DNA of 64,000 nt from Candidatus Kerfeldbacteria bacterium (GCA_016214565.1 JACROE010000002.1:600007-664006), one strand, 5' to 3'. Counted from the first letter of the stretch, positions 51,443-62,102 are shown. The notes: a model not told the origin generated them from the letters alone. Translations and numbers: made by a program.

Positions 51443-53221
51443 ATGCAATTACTTTGGAAATACCTCAAACAGTACAAAAAAACATTGGTTGGCGCTTTAG
51501 TTTTGGCTACTATCAATCAGTTTTTTTCGTTGATTGATCCTCAAATTTTTCGCTTGTTGATTGACCGTTATGCCAGCCGGTACCAGGAGCTTTCGCAGGG
51601 TGAATTTCTGCAGGGAGTCATTTTGTTATTACTTGCTGCAGTGGGAGTGGCGCTGGTTTCCCGTCTCGCAAAAAATTTCCAGGATTATTATGTGAATGTG
51701 ATTACCGAGCGCCTGGGTGCGCGATTGTATGAGGATAGCGTGGCACATTCATTTTCATTGCCCTTCACGGCATTTGAGGATCAGCGTTCAGGAGAATTAC
51801 TGCAGAAGCTAGAAAAAGCGCGTACTGATGCCAAGAAGCTGATCAAAAGCGCCGTGAGTGTTATTTTTCTTTCTTTGGTTGGTATTGTCCTAGTCGTGAC
51901 CTATGCTTTTTATGTGCATTGGGTCATTGGCGCCGTCTATCTTTTGATGGTTCCTTTACTTGGCTTGGTTACCTATTTCTTGAGTCGACAGATTAAGAAG
52001 GCGCAATCAGCGATTGTCCGGGAGGAAGCGGGGTTAGCCGGATCGACCACGGAAACGCTCCGCAACGTAGAATTGGTGCGCAGTTTAGGCCTGGAGGAAC
52101 AGGAAATTTCTCGTCTCAATACCGTGAATGAGACGATTCTCAAGCTTGAATTAAAGAAGGTTATCCTCGTACGGAAGTTATCATTTTGGCAGGGGACCAT
52201 GATCAATGGATTGCGTTCGGCGCTGTTGTTGTTGATGCTCTGGCTGATTTTTCAAGGGTCCATCACTATTGGCGAATTTTTAAGCCTGTACATATATTCC
52301 TTTTTTATTTTTAGTCCACTCTACGAGCTGGGGCAGGTGGCAACCGAATACCAGGAAGCAAAAGCGTCTAGTCAGCAGCTGCAGGAGATTCTCAGGATTC
52401 AACCAGAACCGCGGCCGGATCATCCCCAACCAGCTGGTGAGCTCAAACAGATAGCATTCCGTGAGGTGAGTTTTACCTATGCGTCAGCCCCGCAGCCAGC
52501 GTTGCAGGGGATCAGCCTGACGATGCGATCGGGTGAGACCGTGGCTTTCGTCGGACCGTCCGGTTCCGGGAAGACCACTATGGTGAAATTGTTGGCTGGT
52601 CTCTACCGGCCCGAGGCTGGCACCATCCGCATCAATGAGGTCGATACCCAAGCGCTTGATTTCGTTCAATTTCGACAGCGCATCGGTTTAGTTGCTCAGG
52701 AAACTCAGTTGTTTGCCGGTACGATTCGGGAAAATCTACTCTTTGTCAGGCCTCAGGCAAGTGATGACGAGTGCCGTGCTGCTCTAACTGCGTCTGCGGC
52801 TGATTCTATTCTTCGTCGCGCTAGCCAAGGACTCGACACGAAGATCGGCGAGGGTGGTTTGAAGTTATCCGGTGGTGAACGCCAACGGTTGGCGATCGCA
52901 CGCGCTTTGCTCCGTCAGCCGGATTTGATAATCTTTGATGAGGCAACCAGCAGCCTGGACTCAATTACCGAGCGGGCGATTACTGAAACTATCCGTGACA
53001 TCGAAAAAACGCATACACAGTTAATCACCGTGCTGGTGGCTCATCGTTTATCGACCATCGCACATGCGGACCGCATCTATGTCTTTGAGCACGGTGCCAT
53101 CATTGAACATGGCTCACATGAAGCCTTGCTTAAACAAGGCGGCCTGTACGCCGCACTATGGCGAGAGCAGGTGCATCGCACTGATGGATTCTCCGCAGGC
53201 GTGTCGAGGGCGTCTGCGTAA
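51443..53221 (+). CDS. ABC exporter, permease plus ATPase
   Basis: TM domain, GPSGSGKT, LSGGERQR, DEATSSLD, AHRLST. Confidence 0.93.
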   Translation: MQLLWKYLKQYKKTLVGALVLATINQFFSLIDPQIFRLLIDRYASRYQELSQGEFLQGVILLLLAAVGVALVSRLAKNFQDYYVNVITERLGARLYEDSVAHSFSLPFTAFEDQRSGELLQKLEKARTDAKKLIKSAVSVIFLSLVGIVLVVTYAFYVHWVIGAVYLLMVPLLGLVTYFLSRQIKKAQSAIVREEAGLAGSTTETLRNVELVRSLGLEEQEISRLNTVNETILKLELKKVILVRKLSFWQGTMINGLRSALLLLMLWLIFQGSITIGEFLSLYIYSFFIFSPLYELGQVATEYQEAKASSQQLQEILRIQPEPRPDHPQPAGELKQIAFREVSFTYASAPQPALQGISLTMRSGETVAFVGPSGSGKTTMVKLLAGLYRPEAGTIRINEVDTQALDFVQFRQRIGLVAQETQLFAGTIRENLLFVRPQASDDECRAALTASAADSILRRASQGLDTKIGEGGLKLSGGERQRLAIARALLRQPDLIIFDEATSSLDSITERAITETIRDIEKTHTQLITVLVAHRLSTIAHADRIYVFEHGAIIEHGSHEALLKQGGLYAALWREQVHRTDGFSAGVSRASA

Positions 53222-53233
53222 GGCTTAAATACT

Positions 53234-54418
53234 ATGAATTTTACGAAAAAAAATATTATTTTGATGATTGTGATTGCCGGTCTCATTCCGTGGTTGGCGC
53301 ACGCACAAACGGAGGCTCAGCCCCAAGGTGATGTCTTTACGGCGCGGGTTACGGCTGTAGTCAGTGAGCAAACGGTTTCAGTTGAGACAGGTGGAACGGT
53401 CGTGCAGCAGGTATTGAAGTTGCGAGCGTTGGACGGTGAGCGGGCGGGGCAGGAGCTGATTTTTGATGGAACTAAGATCCAGGCGATAGCACAGAATACC
53501 TACGCAGTCGGCGATAAGGTTATCGTTGCACATAGTTTGGGGGTCGATGGCGCTGACCAATTCTATGTGGTGGATTTTGTGCGGCGATCGCCATTGTACT
53601 GGCTCGCCGCTCTCTTTGCTGCCATAGTCGTCGTGGTTGGCCGGTTGAAAGGTATTCGGGCACTGTTCGTGCTCGCGCTCTCTTTCCTGGTAATTTTTTG
53701 GTTTATTATCCCGCAGATTGTAGCTGGCTCTTCGCCGCTCGTTATAAGTATTATTGGCACGTTTGGTATTTTAGTATTTGCCATTTATCTGACGGAGGGG
53801 TTTCATCGCAGTTCTACCATTGCCGTTACCTCGATATTTATCTCTTTGGTGATTACCGCGCTGCTCGCCCTTTGGTTTACTGCGCTGACAAAATTAACCG
53901 GTTTTGCCAGCGAAGAAGCGATTTATTTGATCGGATTAGGCGAAGGGAACATTAATATCCGTGGATTGCTTTTAGCTGGAATTATCATTGGTGCGCTGGG
54001 CGTGCTGGATGATGTGGCAGTTTCGCAGACCGCCTTGGTAGGCGAATTGCGCCAGGCCAATCCGAGATTAACCAATCGAGAATTATATCGTCGAGCGATG
54101 CGTGTGGGTATATCCCATATGGGCTCTATGGTTAATACGTTATTTTTTGCTTATGCCGGTGCGGCGCTTCCCTTGCTCATATTATTTAGCTCATCAGAAA
54201 TTAACGCACCAACATTTTCGCAGGGGATTAATAGTGAAATGGTAGCTACTGAAATTGTGCGGACGATGGTTGGTAGTATCGGATTAATTTTAGCGGTGCC
54301 GATTACTACTGCATTAGCCGTGTGGTGGGGGACGAGATCTCGCGATAGGTTACTCCAGGACGAGCAGCAGCGCCATCAGTCCGATCCCCACAATCATCGC
54401 ACCGAGCTGGGCAGCTGA
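53234..54418 (+). CDS. YibE/F-family membrane protein
   Basis: GIIIGALGVLDD, HMGSMVNTL..AYAG, EIVRT..GSIGL..AVPITT. Confidence 0.88.
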   Translation: MNFTKKNIILMIVIAGLIPWLAHAQTEAQPQGDVFTARVTAVVSEQTVSVETGGTVVQQVLKLRALDGERAGQELIFDGTKIQAIAQNTYAVGDKVIVAHSLGVDGADQFYVVDFVRRSPLYWLAALFAAIVVVVGRLKGIRALFVLALSFLVIFWFIIPQIVAGSSPLVISIIGTFGILVFAIYLTEGFHRSSTIAVTSIFISLVITALLALWFTALTKLTGFASEEAIYLIGLGEGNINIRGLLLAGIIIGALGVLDDVAVSQTALVGELRQANPRLTNRELYRRAMRVGISHMGSMVNTLFFAYAGAALPLLILFSSSEINAPTFSQGINSEMVATEIVRTMVGSIGLILAVPITTALAVWWGTRSRDRLLQDEQQRHQSDPHNHRTELGS

Positions 54419-55099
54419 TTTGCCTAAATGCTCTTCGCGTTTGAGCTCGGGGATGAGGTCCGCGGCGACAATATAAATGAATCCACCAATCGTTAAGGGA
54501 ATGAAGTAGCGCTCTGCCACCGCAGAGCTATTGGCGATGGTCAGCGCGATGACTGCACCGAGGATTGCGATTATCGCTGAGATGACATTGAAAAACAGCG
54601 CCCGTTTTTTAGTGTATCCGGCGTGAATAAGAATGCTGAAGTCGCCGATTTCCTGAGGGATTTCATGCAGGATGACCGCGAGGGTGGTGGCCACGCCGAG
54701 GGTGGTATCCACCAGGAAAGCCCCCGCAATAATCATGCCATCCAGCAGATTATGAAAGCCGTCACCGATGAGGTTATTTAAACCGACGGGGTGGCGGTGT
54801 TGTTCCGTGGTGGGGATATGGCAATGGCGCCAGTGAAGAAATTTCTCCAGGGCAAAAAATACCACAATGCCGGTGATGATGAGCAAGGGGATGCGCATAC
54901 TTCCGTCATCTTGGGCATAAGCTTCGGGGAGTAAATGCAAAAATGCATCGCCAATCAATGAGCCGGCTGCAAAACTGACCAGCAGCAATAGCATTTTACG
55001 GAGCCGATCAATTGATAGCGAAATAGTCACTGCCCCAATAAATGAGACAAGGCTGACGAGAGTGACGCTGATAAGGGTTTGGAGCCAGATTGAAGTCAT
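54350..55099 (-). CDS. ZIP-family metal transporter
   Basis: FAAGSLIGDAFLHLLPEA, HWRHCH, DGFHNLLDG, HEIPQEIGDF. Confidence 0.93.
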   Translation of the reverse strand: MTSIWLQTLISVTLVSLVSFIGAVTISLSIDRLRKMLLLLVSFAAGSLIGDAFLHLLPEAYAQDDGSMRIPLLIITGIVVFFALEKFLHWRHCHIPTTEQHRHPVGLNNLIGDGFHNLLDGMIIAGAFLVDTTLGVATTLAVILHEIPQEIGDFSILIHAGYTKKRALFFNVISAIIAILGAVIALTIANSSAVAERYFIPLTIGGFIYIVAADLIPELKREEHLGKSAAQLGAMIVGIGLMALLLVLE

Positions 55100-55110
55100 A
55101 GTTTGTATCG

Positions 55111-55491
55111 TTAGTGTGCGCATTGCTGGCACAGGCCAGTAATGGATACTTGGTGTATCACCTGGGTAAATCCTTTTGGCGCTGGTATTTCTGTAGTGCA
55201 GGGGAGACAGGCGATTGTGCGGCAGCGGCGGCAGACTGCGTGATGGTGGGGAGAATCAGCGGCGTAAAATTTTCGTTCACCCAAAATAAGTTCCTCAAAA
55301 ATAACTTCTAGTTTTAATAATAATTCAATCGTCCGATAGATTGAGGCTTGGTCAATGCCGGTTCGCCTCAGGCCGCGAACTATTTCCTGGATTGTTTTTG
55401 GCTTCTGTTGTTTAGCCAAATAATCCAGCACCAATGTGCGTGGTCGGGTTATCTTCGTATGGGTTTGTTTGAGTTTATCCTCAGGTGGCAT
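55111..55491 (-). CDS. Fur-family regulator (Zur-like)
   Basis: TRPR..VL, ASIYRTI, HHHAVCRRC, GLCQQC; upstream of the ZIP gene. Confidence 0.88.
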   Translation of the reverse strand: MPPEDKLKQTHTKITRPRTLVLDYLAKQQKPKTIQEIVRGLRRTGIDQASIYRTIELLLKLEVIFEELILGERKFYAADSPHHHAVCRRCRTIACLPCTTEIPAPKGFTQVIHQVSITGLCQQCAH

Positions 55492-55518
55492 AGGCAACGG
55501 GGAGTATAGCAGGGGTAT

Positions 55519-55549
55519 TTTCTATTTGCAAATATTTTGCAAATAGAAA
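55519..55549. promoter_or_regulatory. 14-3-14 palindrome, likely operator of the Zur-like/ZIP operon
   Basis: TTTCTATTTGCAAA-TAT-TTTGCAAATAGAAA overlapping a minus-strand TTGCAA-17bp-TATACT promoter. Confidence 0.7.
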
Positions 55550-55601
55550 GCCATGGACATAATTTGACATTGTTCGATGGTACGGTAGACTGAGTATCAC
55601 T

Positions 55602-55841
55602 ATGACGAAAACCACCGCTCAGAAAAAGACGCAGAAGAAAGCAGATTTGATTACCGCTGATATGCTGATGGGTGACATCGTGGGGCAGTATCCGCAGGCG
55701 ACGGAGATTTTGGTGCGGTATGGGTTTCATTGCATCGGATGTATGATTTCTCCGTATGAGTCACTGGAGTCTGGTGCGGCGGTGCATGGCATCCCCATCA
55801 AGCCCTTGATTGAAGAATTGAACGCGGCGGTGAAGGGATAA
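55602..55841 (+). CDS. DUF1858-domain protein
   Basis: IT.DM..GDIV..YP...EIL..YGFHCIGC...YESLE.GA.VHG. Confidence 0.88.
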   Translation: MTKTTAQKKTQKKADLITADMLMGDIVGQYPQATEILVRYGFHCIGCMISPYESLESGAAVHGIPIKPLIEELNAAVKG

Positions 55842-55928
55842 TCAGCATCGCATGAATAATAAAAGGGCCAGGCATGTCAGATGACATACCTGGCCGGTTT
55901 TGGGGATTAACCCCGCTCTTCAATAATC

Positions 55929-56474
55929 CTAAACGTCGATGATTAGGTTCCCGATGTAGTTGAACCTCACTTCCTTCATTGGCTTGGTGGCGTTAGCATT
56001 GGATTGGTTCAGGTAGTCGTTGCCGACAATGGGGGGCGAGATGCCCGTAACTCCTTCCGTGTTGGTCGCCGCGTCATTAAACTGCGTCATAATTGCGTTC
56101 GCCAGGCCGCTCGACATCTGTCTCGTCATAGGGCCGGCGCGCTCGAAGCCGGAGATCGTCATGGTAATCGCGGTAACATCCGAGTACTGCGTCGTCGGCG
56201 GAGAATTGATTATCGCCGATGTCAGGGAATGTGCCGCGAAAGTCTGGGCAGCCGACTCGGTATTAGCGATAACCGGCGGCGCCGTTCCTGAAAACATGGC
56301 CGTGTCGTTGGCGGTGAGAATACCCATCGAATTTGGCGGCGACATATCCGTAGTCACCGACACGCTCGTGTTATCCTGCGGAATATATGCTGCAGGATTA
56401 GGATATCCGTACGCCGTCACAGCGAGAACTAGGATAGTACAAAGGATTGTACTAATGAAACTGATTCGTTTCAT
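55929..56474 (-). CDS. Secreted Thr/Ser/Asn-rich hypothetical protein
   Basis: AAGGAG SD, signal peptide MKRISFIST..VTA; repeated SPP motifs. Confidence 0.55.
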   Translation of the reverse strand: MKRISFISTILCTILVLAVTAYGYPNPAAYIPQDNTSVSVTTDMSPPNSMGILTANDTAMFSGTAPPVIANTESAAQTFAAHSLTSAIINSPPTTQYSDVTAITMTISGFERAGPMTRQMSSGLANAIMTQFNDAATNTEGVTGISPPIVGNDYLNQSNANATKPMKEVRFNYIGNLIIDV

Positions 56475-56788
56475 GTAAAGACTCCTTGTCTTCTCGTTTG
56501 AACGGTTTTGTGGATTGCTCCAGTAGTAACTACTTGTCACATCGATGTAATGCTGCCTCCTTTGTCAGCGGGTGACGTGACTGTTTCATCATGAAACAGT
56601 AGAAAATATTGGAGTTTATATTGAAGTTTTTTTGAAAGGGCAATAATTATTATCAATAGTAGCATCAAACCATACCAGACTCAATATTTTTGTCAATATG
56701 GCATTTTCCTTATTCGGAACTGTTTTAATTTACAGAAAATTAGTGTATACTAGAGGCTCCACCTAATTATATAGATGGTAATCGGCCT

Positions 56789-57712
56789 ATGCCGGTTCAG
56801 ACATTGCAAATACATAAACTAACCTGGATCAATATTGGCTCTCTGCGGGAGGAGCATGTTAATTATTTGCAGGAAAAGTTTCATTTTCACCCGCTAGATC
56901 TCAAGGACTGCCTGGAGGGGGTGCAACGCCCGAAACTTGACGTCTACAAAAATTATCTTTTCATGATATTTCATTTCCCCCGGTTTGATCCCGAAACGCG
57001 ACGCGTCGGGATCAATTCAGTTAATTTTTTTCTGGGGCACGACTTCCTGATCAGCATTGCCAATGAGCCGAACGAGTTTATTACCAACTACTACCAGCGA
57101 TTGGAGAAAAAAGCGCAGCGCCAGTTTCCCTACGATCCGTTTAAAAATAGCGCTGGATATCTCCTGTATAAATTAGTTGATGGTTTGTACCACGAGAGTC
57201 TGCCCGTGGTCAATATGATCGGTCAGTATTTGAATGATGTGGAAGAAGACGTCTATTCAAACCAGAATAAGCAGGCGACGACGAATTTAGCCATTATCCG
57301 CCGCAATATCCTGAGCCTCCGCCGTATCCTGGAGCCACAGATCAAGATGGTTGATCGCTTAGTCAATATTGAAAATCAGTCCATACCGCAGAAGCTCGGC
57401 GTGTACATTGATGACGTGCATGATTATATGGAGAATTCATGGTCAGCACTGGAGAATTATCGAGACGCCGTTGATAGCCTGTATGACACCAATGAATCAT
57501 TCATCAATCAGCGGACGAATGATGTGATTAAGATGCTGACGACGATTTCCGTTGCGTTATTACCTATGACCCTCTTGGCCAGCATCTACGGCATGAATAT
57601 CGTTGGACTGCCGTTCGCCGATCATGCGGTGGGCGTCTGGATTATTTTTGGCGTGATGGCGGCAATTGTCGCTGGGAGCATTTATTTCGCGCGGCGTAAT
57701 AATATAATTTGA
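56789..57712 (+). CDS. corA: CorA-family magnesium transporter
   Basis: HFHPLDL.DC, QRPKLD, LLPMT..ASIYGMN. Confidence 0.92.
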   Translation: MPVQTLQIHKLTWINIGSLREEHVNYLQEKFHFHPLDLKDCLEGVQRPKLDVYKNYLFMIFHFPRFDPETRRVGINSVNFFLGHDFLISIANEPNEFITNYYQRLEKKAQRQFPYDPFKNSAGYLLYKLVDGLYHESLPVVNMIGQYLNDVEEDVYSNQNKQATTNLAIIRRNILSLRRILEPQIKMVDRLVNIENQSIPQKLGVYIDDVHDYMENSWSALENYRDAVDSLYDTNESFINQRTNDVIKMLTTISVALLPMTLLASIYGMNIVGLPFADHAVGVWIIFGVMAAIVAGSIYFARRNNII

Positions 57713-59235
57713 TGCCTTTTTTCCTTCGGGCCAAGAAACTGGATTTCGGATCAGGTGGCCAACCCTGGGTGGTTGTGCTTCAGGAAGCTGAAGCGCGCAC
57801 GCTTGGCATTGTGCTGGGTGATTTGATAGAGCTAACCTGGGGTGAAAAGCGTAAGGCGATTGTGGTTGCCTATTACACTCGGTCAAAAGTCAAACCGGGT
57901 GAATTGGGCATCTTCCGGGAGATTTGGCGCACGCTGCGCGTGAAGGAAAATGAGCCGGTATCATTGCACGTGCTATCACGGCCACCCTCGATTGAAGCTA
58001 TCAAGAAGAAGCTCTTAGGCAAACCCCTTTCGTATCTGGAGATGTTTTCCATTATTAAGGATATTGTCGATCATAAATTGAGTCGCGTGGAGATCACTTA
58101 TTTTGTTGCATCTAGCTTTATTACCACGTTTTCAAATGAAGAGCTGTATTATATGACGAAGGCGATGGCCGAGACTGGGGAAATGCTTAAGCCCGGCCGT
58201 AAAGTAGTAGCAGACAAACACTCAATTGGCGGGGTGGCGGGAAATCGTACCACTATGGTGGTTATTCCGATTGTTGCGTCGCAGGGCGTCTTTATTCCTA
58301 AAACCTCTTCACGTGCGATCACCTCGCCTGCGGGTACGGCGGATACGATGGAGGTATTGGCTCCAGTGAGTTTGCCGTTCAAACGGGTTCAGGCGATTAC
58401 GAAAAAAATTAATACGTGTTTAATCTGGGGTGGGAGTGTGAAGCTGGCTCCAGCTGATGACTATCTGATACAGGTATCGCACCCCCTCGCCCTCGAACCG
58501 TTGGATAAAATGGTGGTGAGTATTCTTGCGAAAAAAGTTGCCATGGGAGTGACACATTTAGTCGTCGATTTACCGTATGGGCCGACGGTAAAAATTACTA
58601 ATCGTAAAGACGCGGATGCAGTCAAAGCAAAATTTGAATATGTGGCACGGCGATTCAAGATCAAAATAAAAGTCGTCATGACCCCAACTCGTGAACCAGT
58701 CGGACGTGGCATCGGGCCGGCACTTGAAGCGCGTGATGTGCTGCGCGTACTTCAGCAGAAAGATTATCGTCCGGCTGATCTGGAGAAAAAGTCGATCAGA
58801 CTGGCGGGGGAACTTCTCGAATTAGCGGGACGGGCCAAGCGCGGCCGTGGCCATATGCTCGCGGCGGAAGCGCTGACCTCAGGTGCAGCCTGGCGCAAAA
58901 TGCAAGAGATTATCCATGAACAGGGCGGCAAAGAAAAAATTGATTCAGAAGATCTCACCTTAGGCGCGTTGCGGCATCGGTTCTATGCGCCGTATAGCGG
59001 GACGATTGTCGGGGTGAATGATAAGATGGTGGATCAGGTGGCCCGCATCCTCGGCGCGCCGCATGAGAAACTCGCCGGCATTTACATCAATAAGCGCTTG
59101 GGTCAAAAAGTCCGGCGTGATGAGCGGCTTTTTACCCTGTACGCTCAAACCAGCGATCGTATCGGATTAGCCCTGGAAGCACTTAAAGAGCGCAAGATTT
59201 TTGATATCAAACCAGCCCCTCGGAGCCGTCGATAG
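57712..59235 (+). CDS. AMP/thymidine phosphorylase, long form with N-terminal extension
   Basis: DKHSIGGVAGNRTT, PKTSSRAITSPAGTAD, EPVGRGIGPALEA; TGATG overlap with corA. Confidence 0.9.
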   Translation: MPFFLRAKKLDFGSGGQPWVVVLQEAEARTLGIVLGDLIELTWGEKRKAIVVAYYTRSKVKPGELGIFREIWRTLRVKENEPVSLHVLSRPPSIEAIKKKLLGKPLSYLEMFSIIKDIVDHKLSRVEITYFVASSFITTFSNEELYYMTKAMAETGEMLKPGRKVVADKHSIGGVAGNRTTMVVIPIVASQGVFIPKTSSRAITSPAGTADTMEVLAPVSLPFKRVQAITKKINTCLIWGGSVKLAPADDYLIQVSHPLALEPLDKMVVSILAKKVAMGVTHLVVDLPYGPTVKITNRKDADAVKAKFEYVARRFKIKIKVVMTPTREPVGRGIGPALEARDVLRVLQQKDYRPADLEKKSIRLAGELLELAGRAKRGRGHMLAAEALTSGAAWRKMQEIIHEQGGKEKIDSEDLTLGALRHRFYAPYSGTIVGVNDKMVDQVARILGAPHEKLAGIYINKRLGQKVRRDERLFTLYAQTSDRIGLALEALKERKIFDIKPAPRSRR

Positions 59236-59240
59236 CCATT

Positions 59241-59289
59241 TTGACAAGGGGGTATGCCCGTGGTATGGTAGGAGTGGTAATCGTTATCA
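59241..59289 (+). promoter_or_regulatory. Promoter plus Fur-box-like site of the suf operon
   Basis: TTGACA-17bp-TATGGT; TGGTAATCGTTATCA (59275-89) has 2 mismatches to TGATAATnATTATCA. Confidence 0.6.
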
Positions 59290-59311
59290 TTTATTTTGGA
59301 GCCATACTTTT

Positions 59312-59878
59312 GTGCCGGCAACCAGGGTAGCGAAACAGAAGACAGCCGATAAAACCTGGCGCTTAACCAATCAGCGCATGGTTATTTTGAGTTATCTTCG
59401 CGCCACGCCCGGGCATCACAGCGCTGAACAGATTTACGGTGAGGTGAAAAAAAAGATGCCGTCGATGAGCTTCGCCACGGTGTACCGCAATCTTAATTTT
59501 CTGCGTGATTATGGTTACATCCAGGAGACGGTGATTAATAAAATAAGCCGCTATGATGGACGGATTGATGCGCATGTCCATTTGCTCTGTGAGAATTGCG
59601 GCAAGGTGGTCAATGTCGACCATGACAGCATTTTTGAATCAGCTCGACGCCTCGCTAAACAGCAGCATTTTATTTCCCGCATGGAAAATATTGAACTTCG
59701 CGGATTATGTGAAGAGTGCCGCGCCAAGGGCGTCAAAATACCAGCCTTAGCGGAAGGACAGTGCCAATCATGCGGCAAACTGAAGAAGGACATCCTACAG
59801 GCAGTGCTCGAGTGTGGCGATTGCCGTTTCAATAATAGCTGCTTGTATTATCAGGAAGCGCATCGTGCGCATGCTTAA
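59312..59878 (+). CDS. Fur/PerR-family regulator with extra Cys-rich C-terminal domain
   Basis: HHSAEQIY, SFATVYRNL, HVHLLCENC, GLCEEC, then CQSC..CGDC....C; start codon uncertain. Confidence 0.85.
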   Translation: MPATRVAKQKTADKTWRLTNQRMVILSYLRATPGHHSAEQIYGEVKKKMPSMSFATVYRNLNFLRDYGYIQETVINKISRYDGRIDAHVHLLCENCGKVVNVDHDSIFESARRLAKQQHFISRMENIELRGLCEECRAKGVKIPALAEGQCQSCGKLKKDILQAVLECGDCRFNNSCLYYQEAHRAHA

Positions 59879-59896
59879 ATCAGGAGTGAACTGACC

Positions 59897-60643
59897 ATGG
59901 ATCGACTGGTAATTCGACAGCTATATGCCCGTGTAACCGACACCCCCATTCTCAAGGGGGTTGATTTAACTATTCAGCCAGGCACTATTCATGCGCTGAT
60001 GGGTCCGAACGGATCGGGCAAGTCTACGCTCGCCTCGATCATTGCCGGACATCCGGGCTATACGGTGACGCGGGGGACGATGACCTATGGTGCCACCCTG
60101 CTCAAGAAACTCACCCCTGACCAGCGGGCGCAGCGCGGTATTTTTTTATCGTTCCAATATCCGGTGGCGGTGCCTGGATTGTCCCTCGAACATTTTTTGC
60201 GCACTGCCTACAATAATATCCATCGCGGCCAGCAGTTATCCGCGTTGGAATTTCATAAACATATTGAAGCAAAAATGAAATTGCTCAATATGAAGCCAGA
60301 TTTTGCCAGCCGTGCGCTCAATGAGGGGTTCTCCGGCGGAGAAAAAAAGAAGTCAGAAATTTTACAACTTGCTGTATTGGAACCAACCTTGGCCATTCTC
60401 GACGAAACGGACTCTGGCTTGGACATTGATGCGCTGCGCGCCGTGGCAAAAGGCATCAATAAATTGGTAAATCCGAAATTGGGCATTCTGATTATCACGC
60501 ACTATGTGCGCATTTTACGCTATATCAAACCAGACTATGTTCATGTTATGTCGGCGGGAAAAATTATTAAATCGGGAAAACGAACGCTAGCCACTCAGAT
60601 TGAACGTAGGGGCTATGACTGGTTATTGAAGAAAAAGAAATAA
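59897..60643 (+). CDS. sufC: Fe-S assembly ATPase SufC
   Basis: MGPNGSGKST, LNEGFSGGEKKKSEILQ, DETDSGLDID. Confidence 0.96.
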   Translation: MDRLVIRQLYARVTDTPILKGVDLTIQPGTIHALMGPNGSGKSTLASIIAGHPGYTVTRGTMTYGATLLKKLTPDQRAQRGIFLSFQYPVAVPGLSLEHFLRTAYNNIHRGQQLSALEFHKHIEAKMKLLNMKPDFASRALNEGFSGGEKKKSEILQLAVLEPTLAILDETDSGLDIDALRAVAKGINKLVNPKLGILIITHYVRILRYIKPDYVHVMSAGKIIKSGKRTLATQIERRGYDWLLKKKK

Positions 60644-60646
60644 CAT

Positions 60647-62059
60647 ATGTCTGACGCTCAAACATTACGCGCCTATGGCAATGAAGCGAAGCTGGCGGCA
60701 GAGCGGCCGGATACGCTTGACTATATTCATACTGCTAAACGCGGTCTGACGAAACGCACGGTGGAAGAAATTTCATCCATGAAAAATGAGCCTGCTTGGA
60801 TGCGGGAAAATCGATTGCGTGCCTACGAAACATTTTTACAGAAGCGTGGGCCAGCCTGGGGAGCAGATTTGTCCGGCATTGATTTTGATGATCTGTACTA
60901 TTATCTCAAACCAACTACTGGGGTGGCCAAACGATGGGATAAAGTTCCGAGCACTATTCGCAATACATACAACCGATTAGGCATCCCTGAAGCGGAACAA
61001 AAATATTTGACCGGCGTAATGGCGCAGTATGAATCCGAAGCGGTCTATCATAGTCTCCAGGATAAGATGTCCAAGCTCGGCGTTATCTTCACCGACATGG
61101 ACACGGGGTTGCGGAAGTATCCGGATTTGGTCAAACAATATTTCGGTCGGGTGGTACCCGCCGGAGATAATAAGTTTGCGGCGCTGAACACGGCGGTATG
61201 GAGCGGCGGCAGTTTTCTGTATGTACCGGCCGGTGTGCACGTGACATTTCCCCTGCAAGCATATTTTCGCATTAATAAAGAAAAGGTTGGTCAATTTGAA
61301 CGAACATTGATTATCGCAGAGCCGGGCAGCTTCGTACACTATGTGGAGGGATGTACGGCGCCACAGTATACCAGCGGTTCATTGCATTCCGCTGTCGTGG
61401 AAATTATTGTGAAAAAGGGAGCGCGGGTTCGCTATACCACCGTTCAGAATTGGTCAAAAAATGTGTACAATTTAGTCACCAAGCGGACGTTCGTGTATGA
61501 AGAGGGTACGATGGAATGGGTGGATGGAAACTTAGGCAGCCGCGTGACTATGAAATATCCTTCTGTTTATTTACTCGGCCGCAAGGCGCGTGGTGATGTA
61601 CTTTCAGTGGCGTTTGCCGGCAATGGTCAGCATCAGGATGCAGGAGGTAAAGCAATTCACGGCGCACCGGAGACGACCTCAACTATTATTTCAAAATCTG
61701 TTTCAAAAGATCGTGGTCACACTTCGTACCGCGGCTTGGTTCGCGTCCCAGCTGGCATGCGTGGCTGTAAATCAAATGTGGTGTGCGACGCTTTATTGCT
61801 TCATCCACAATCGCGCTCTGACACGTATCCGACGATGGATATACGCGAGAGTGATGTGCAGATTGGTCACGAAGCTTCGGTCGGAAAAGTCGGTGAGGAG
61901 CAATTATTTTATCTCATGAGCCGTGGCTTGTCTGAAGCAGAAGCGATGTCAATGATTGTCTCGGGATTTATTGAACCAATTGCTAAAGAATTGCCCATTG
62001 AATACGCTGTTGAATTAAATCGCCTCATCCAATTAGAAATGGAAGGAAGCGTAGGATAA
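60647..62059 (+). CDS. sufB: Fe-S assembly protein SufB
   Basis: [48 protein letters not shown]. Confidence 0.96.
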   Translation: MSDAQTLRAYGNEAKLAAERPDTLDYIHTAKRGLTKRTVEEISSMKNEPAWMRENRLRAYETFLQKRGPAWGADLSGIDFDDLYYYLKPTTGVAKRWDKVPSTIRNTYNRLGIPEAEQKYLTGVMAQYESEAVYHSLQDKMSKLGVIFTDMDTGLRKYPDLVKQYFGRVVPAGDNKFAALNTAVWSGGSFLYVPAGVHVTFPLQAYFRINKEKVGQFERTLIIAEPGSFVHYVEGCTAPQYTSGSLHSAVVEIIVKKGARVRYTTVQNWSKNVYNLVTKRTFVYEEGTMEWVDGNLGSRVTMKYPSVYLLGRKARGDVLSVAFAGNGQHQDAGGKAIHGAPETTSTIISKSVSKDRGHTSYRGLVRVPAGMRGCKSNVVCDALLLHPQSRSDTYPTMDIRESDVQIGHEASVGKVGEEQLFYLMSRGLSEAEAMSMIVSGFIEPIAKELPIEYAVELNRLIQLEMEGSVG

Positions 62060-62102
62060 CGAATTATTAATTGCTAATGTCTAATTTCTAATTCAGATAC
62101 CT

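Noticed and set aside
54350-54418. 69-bp convergent overlap of YibE/F and ZIP genes as antisense regulation
   Set aside because: More simply a stop-codon run-on of the YibE/F tail; no other support.
56641-56655. Fur-box-like CAATAATTATTATCA
   Set aside because: AT-rich context makes a chance match likely; no clear iron-related target.
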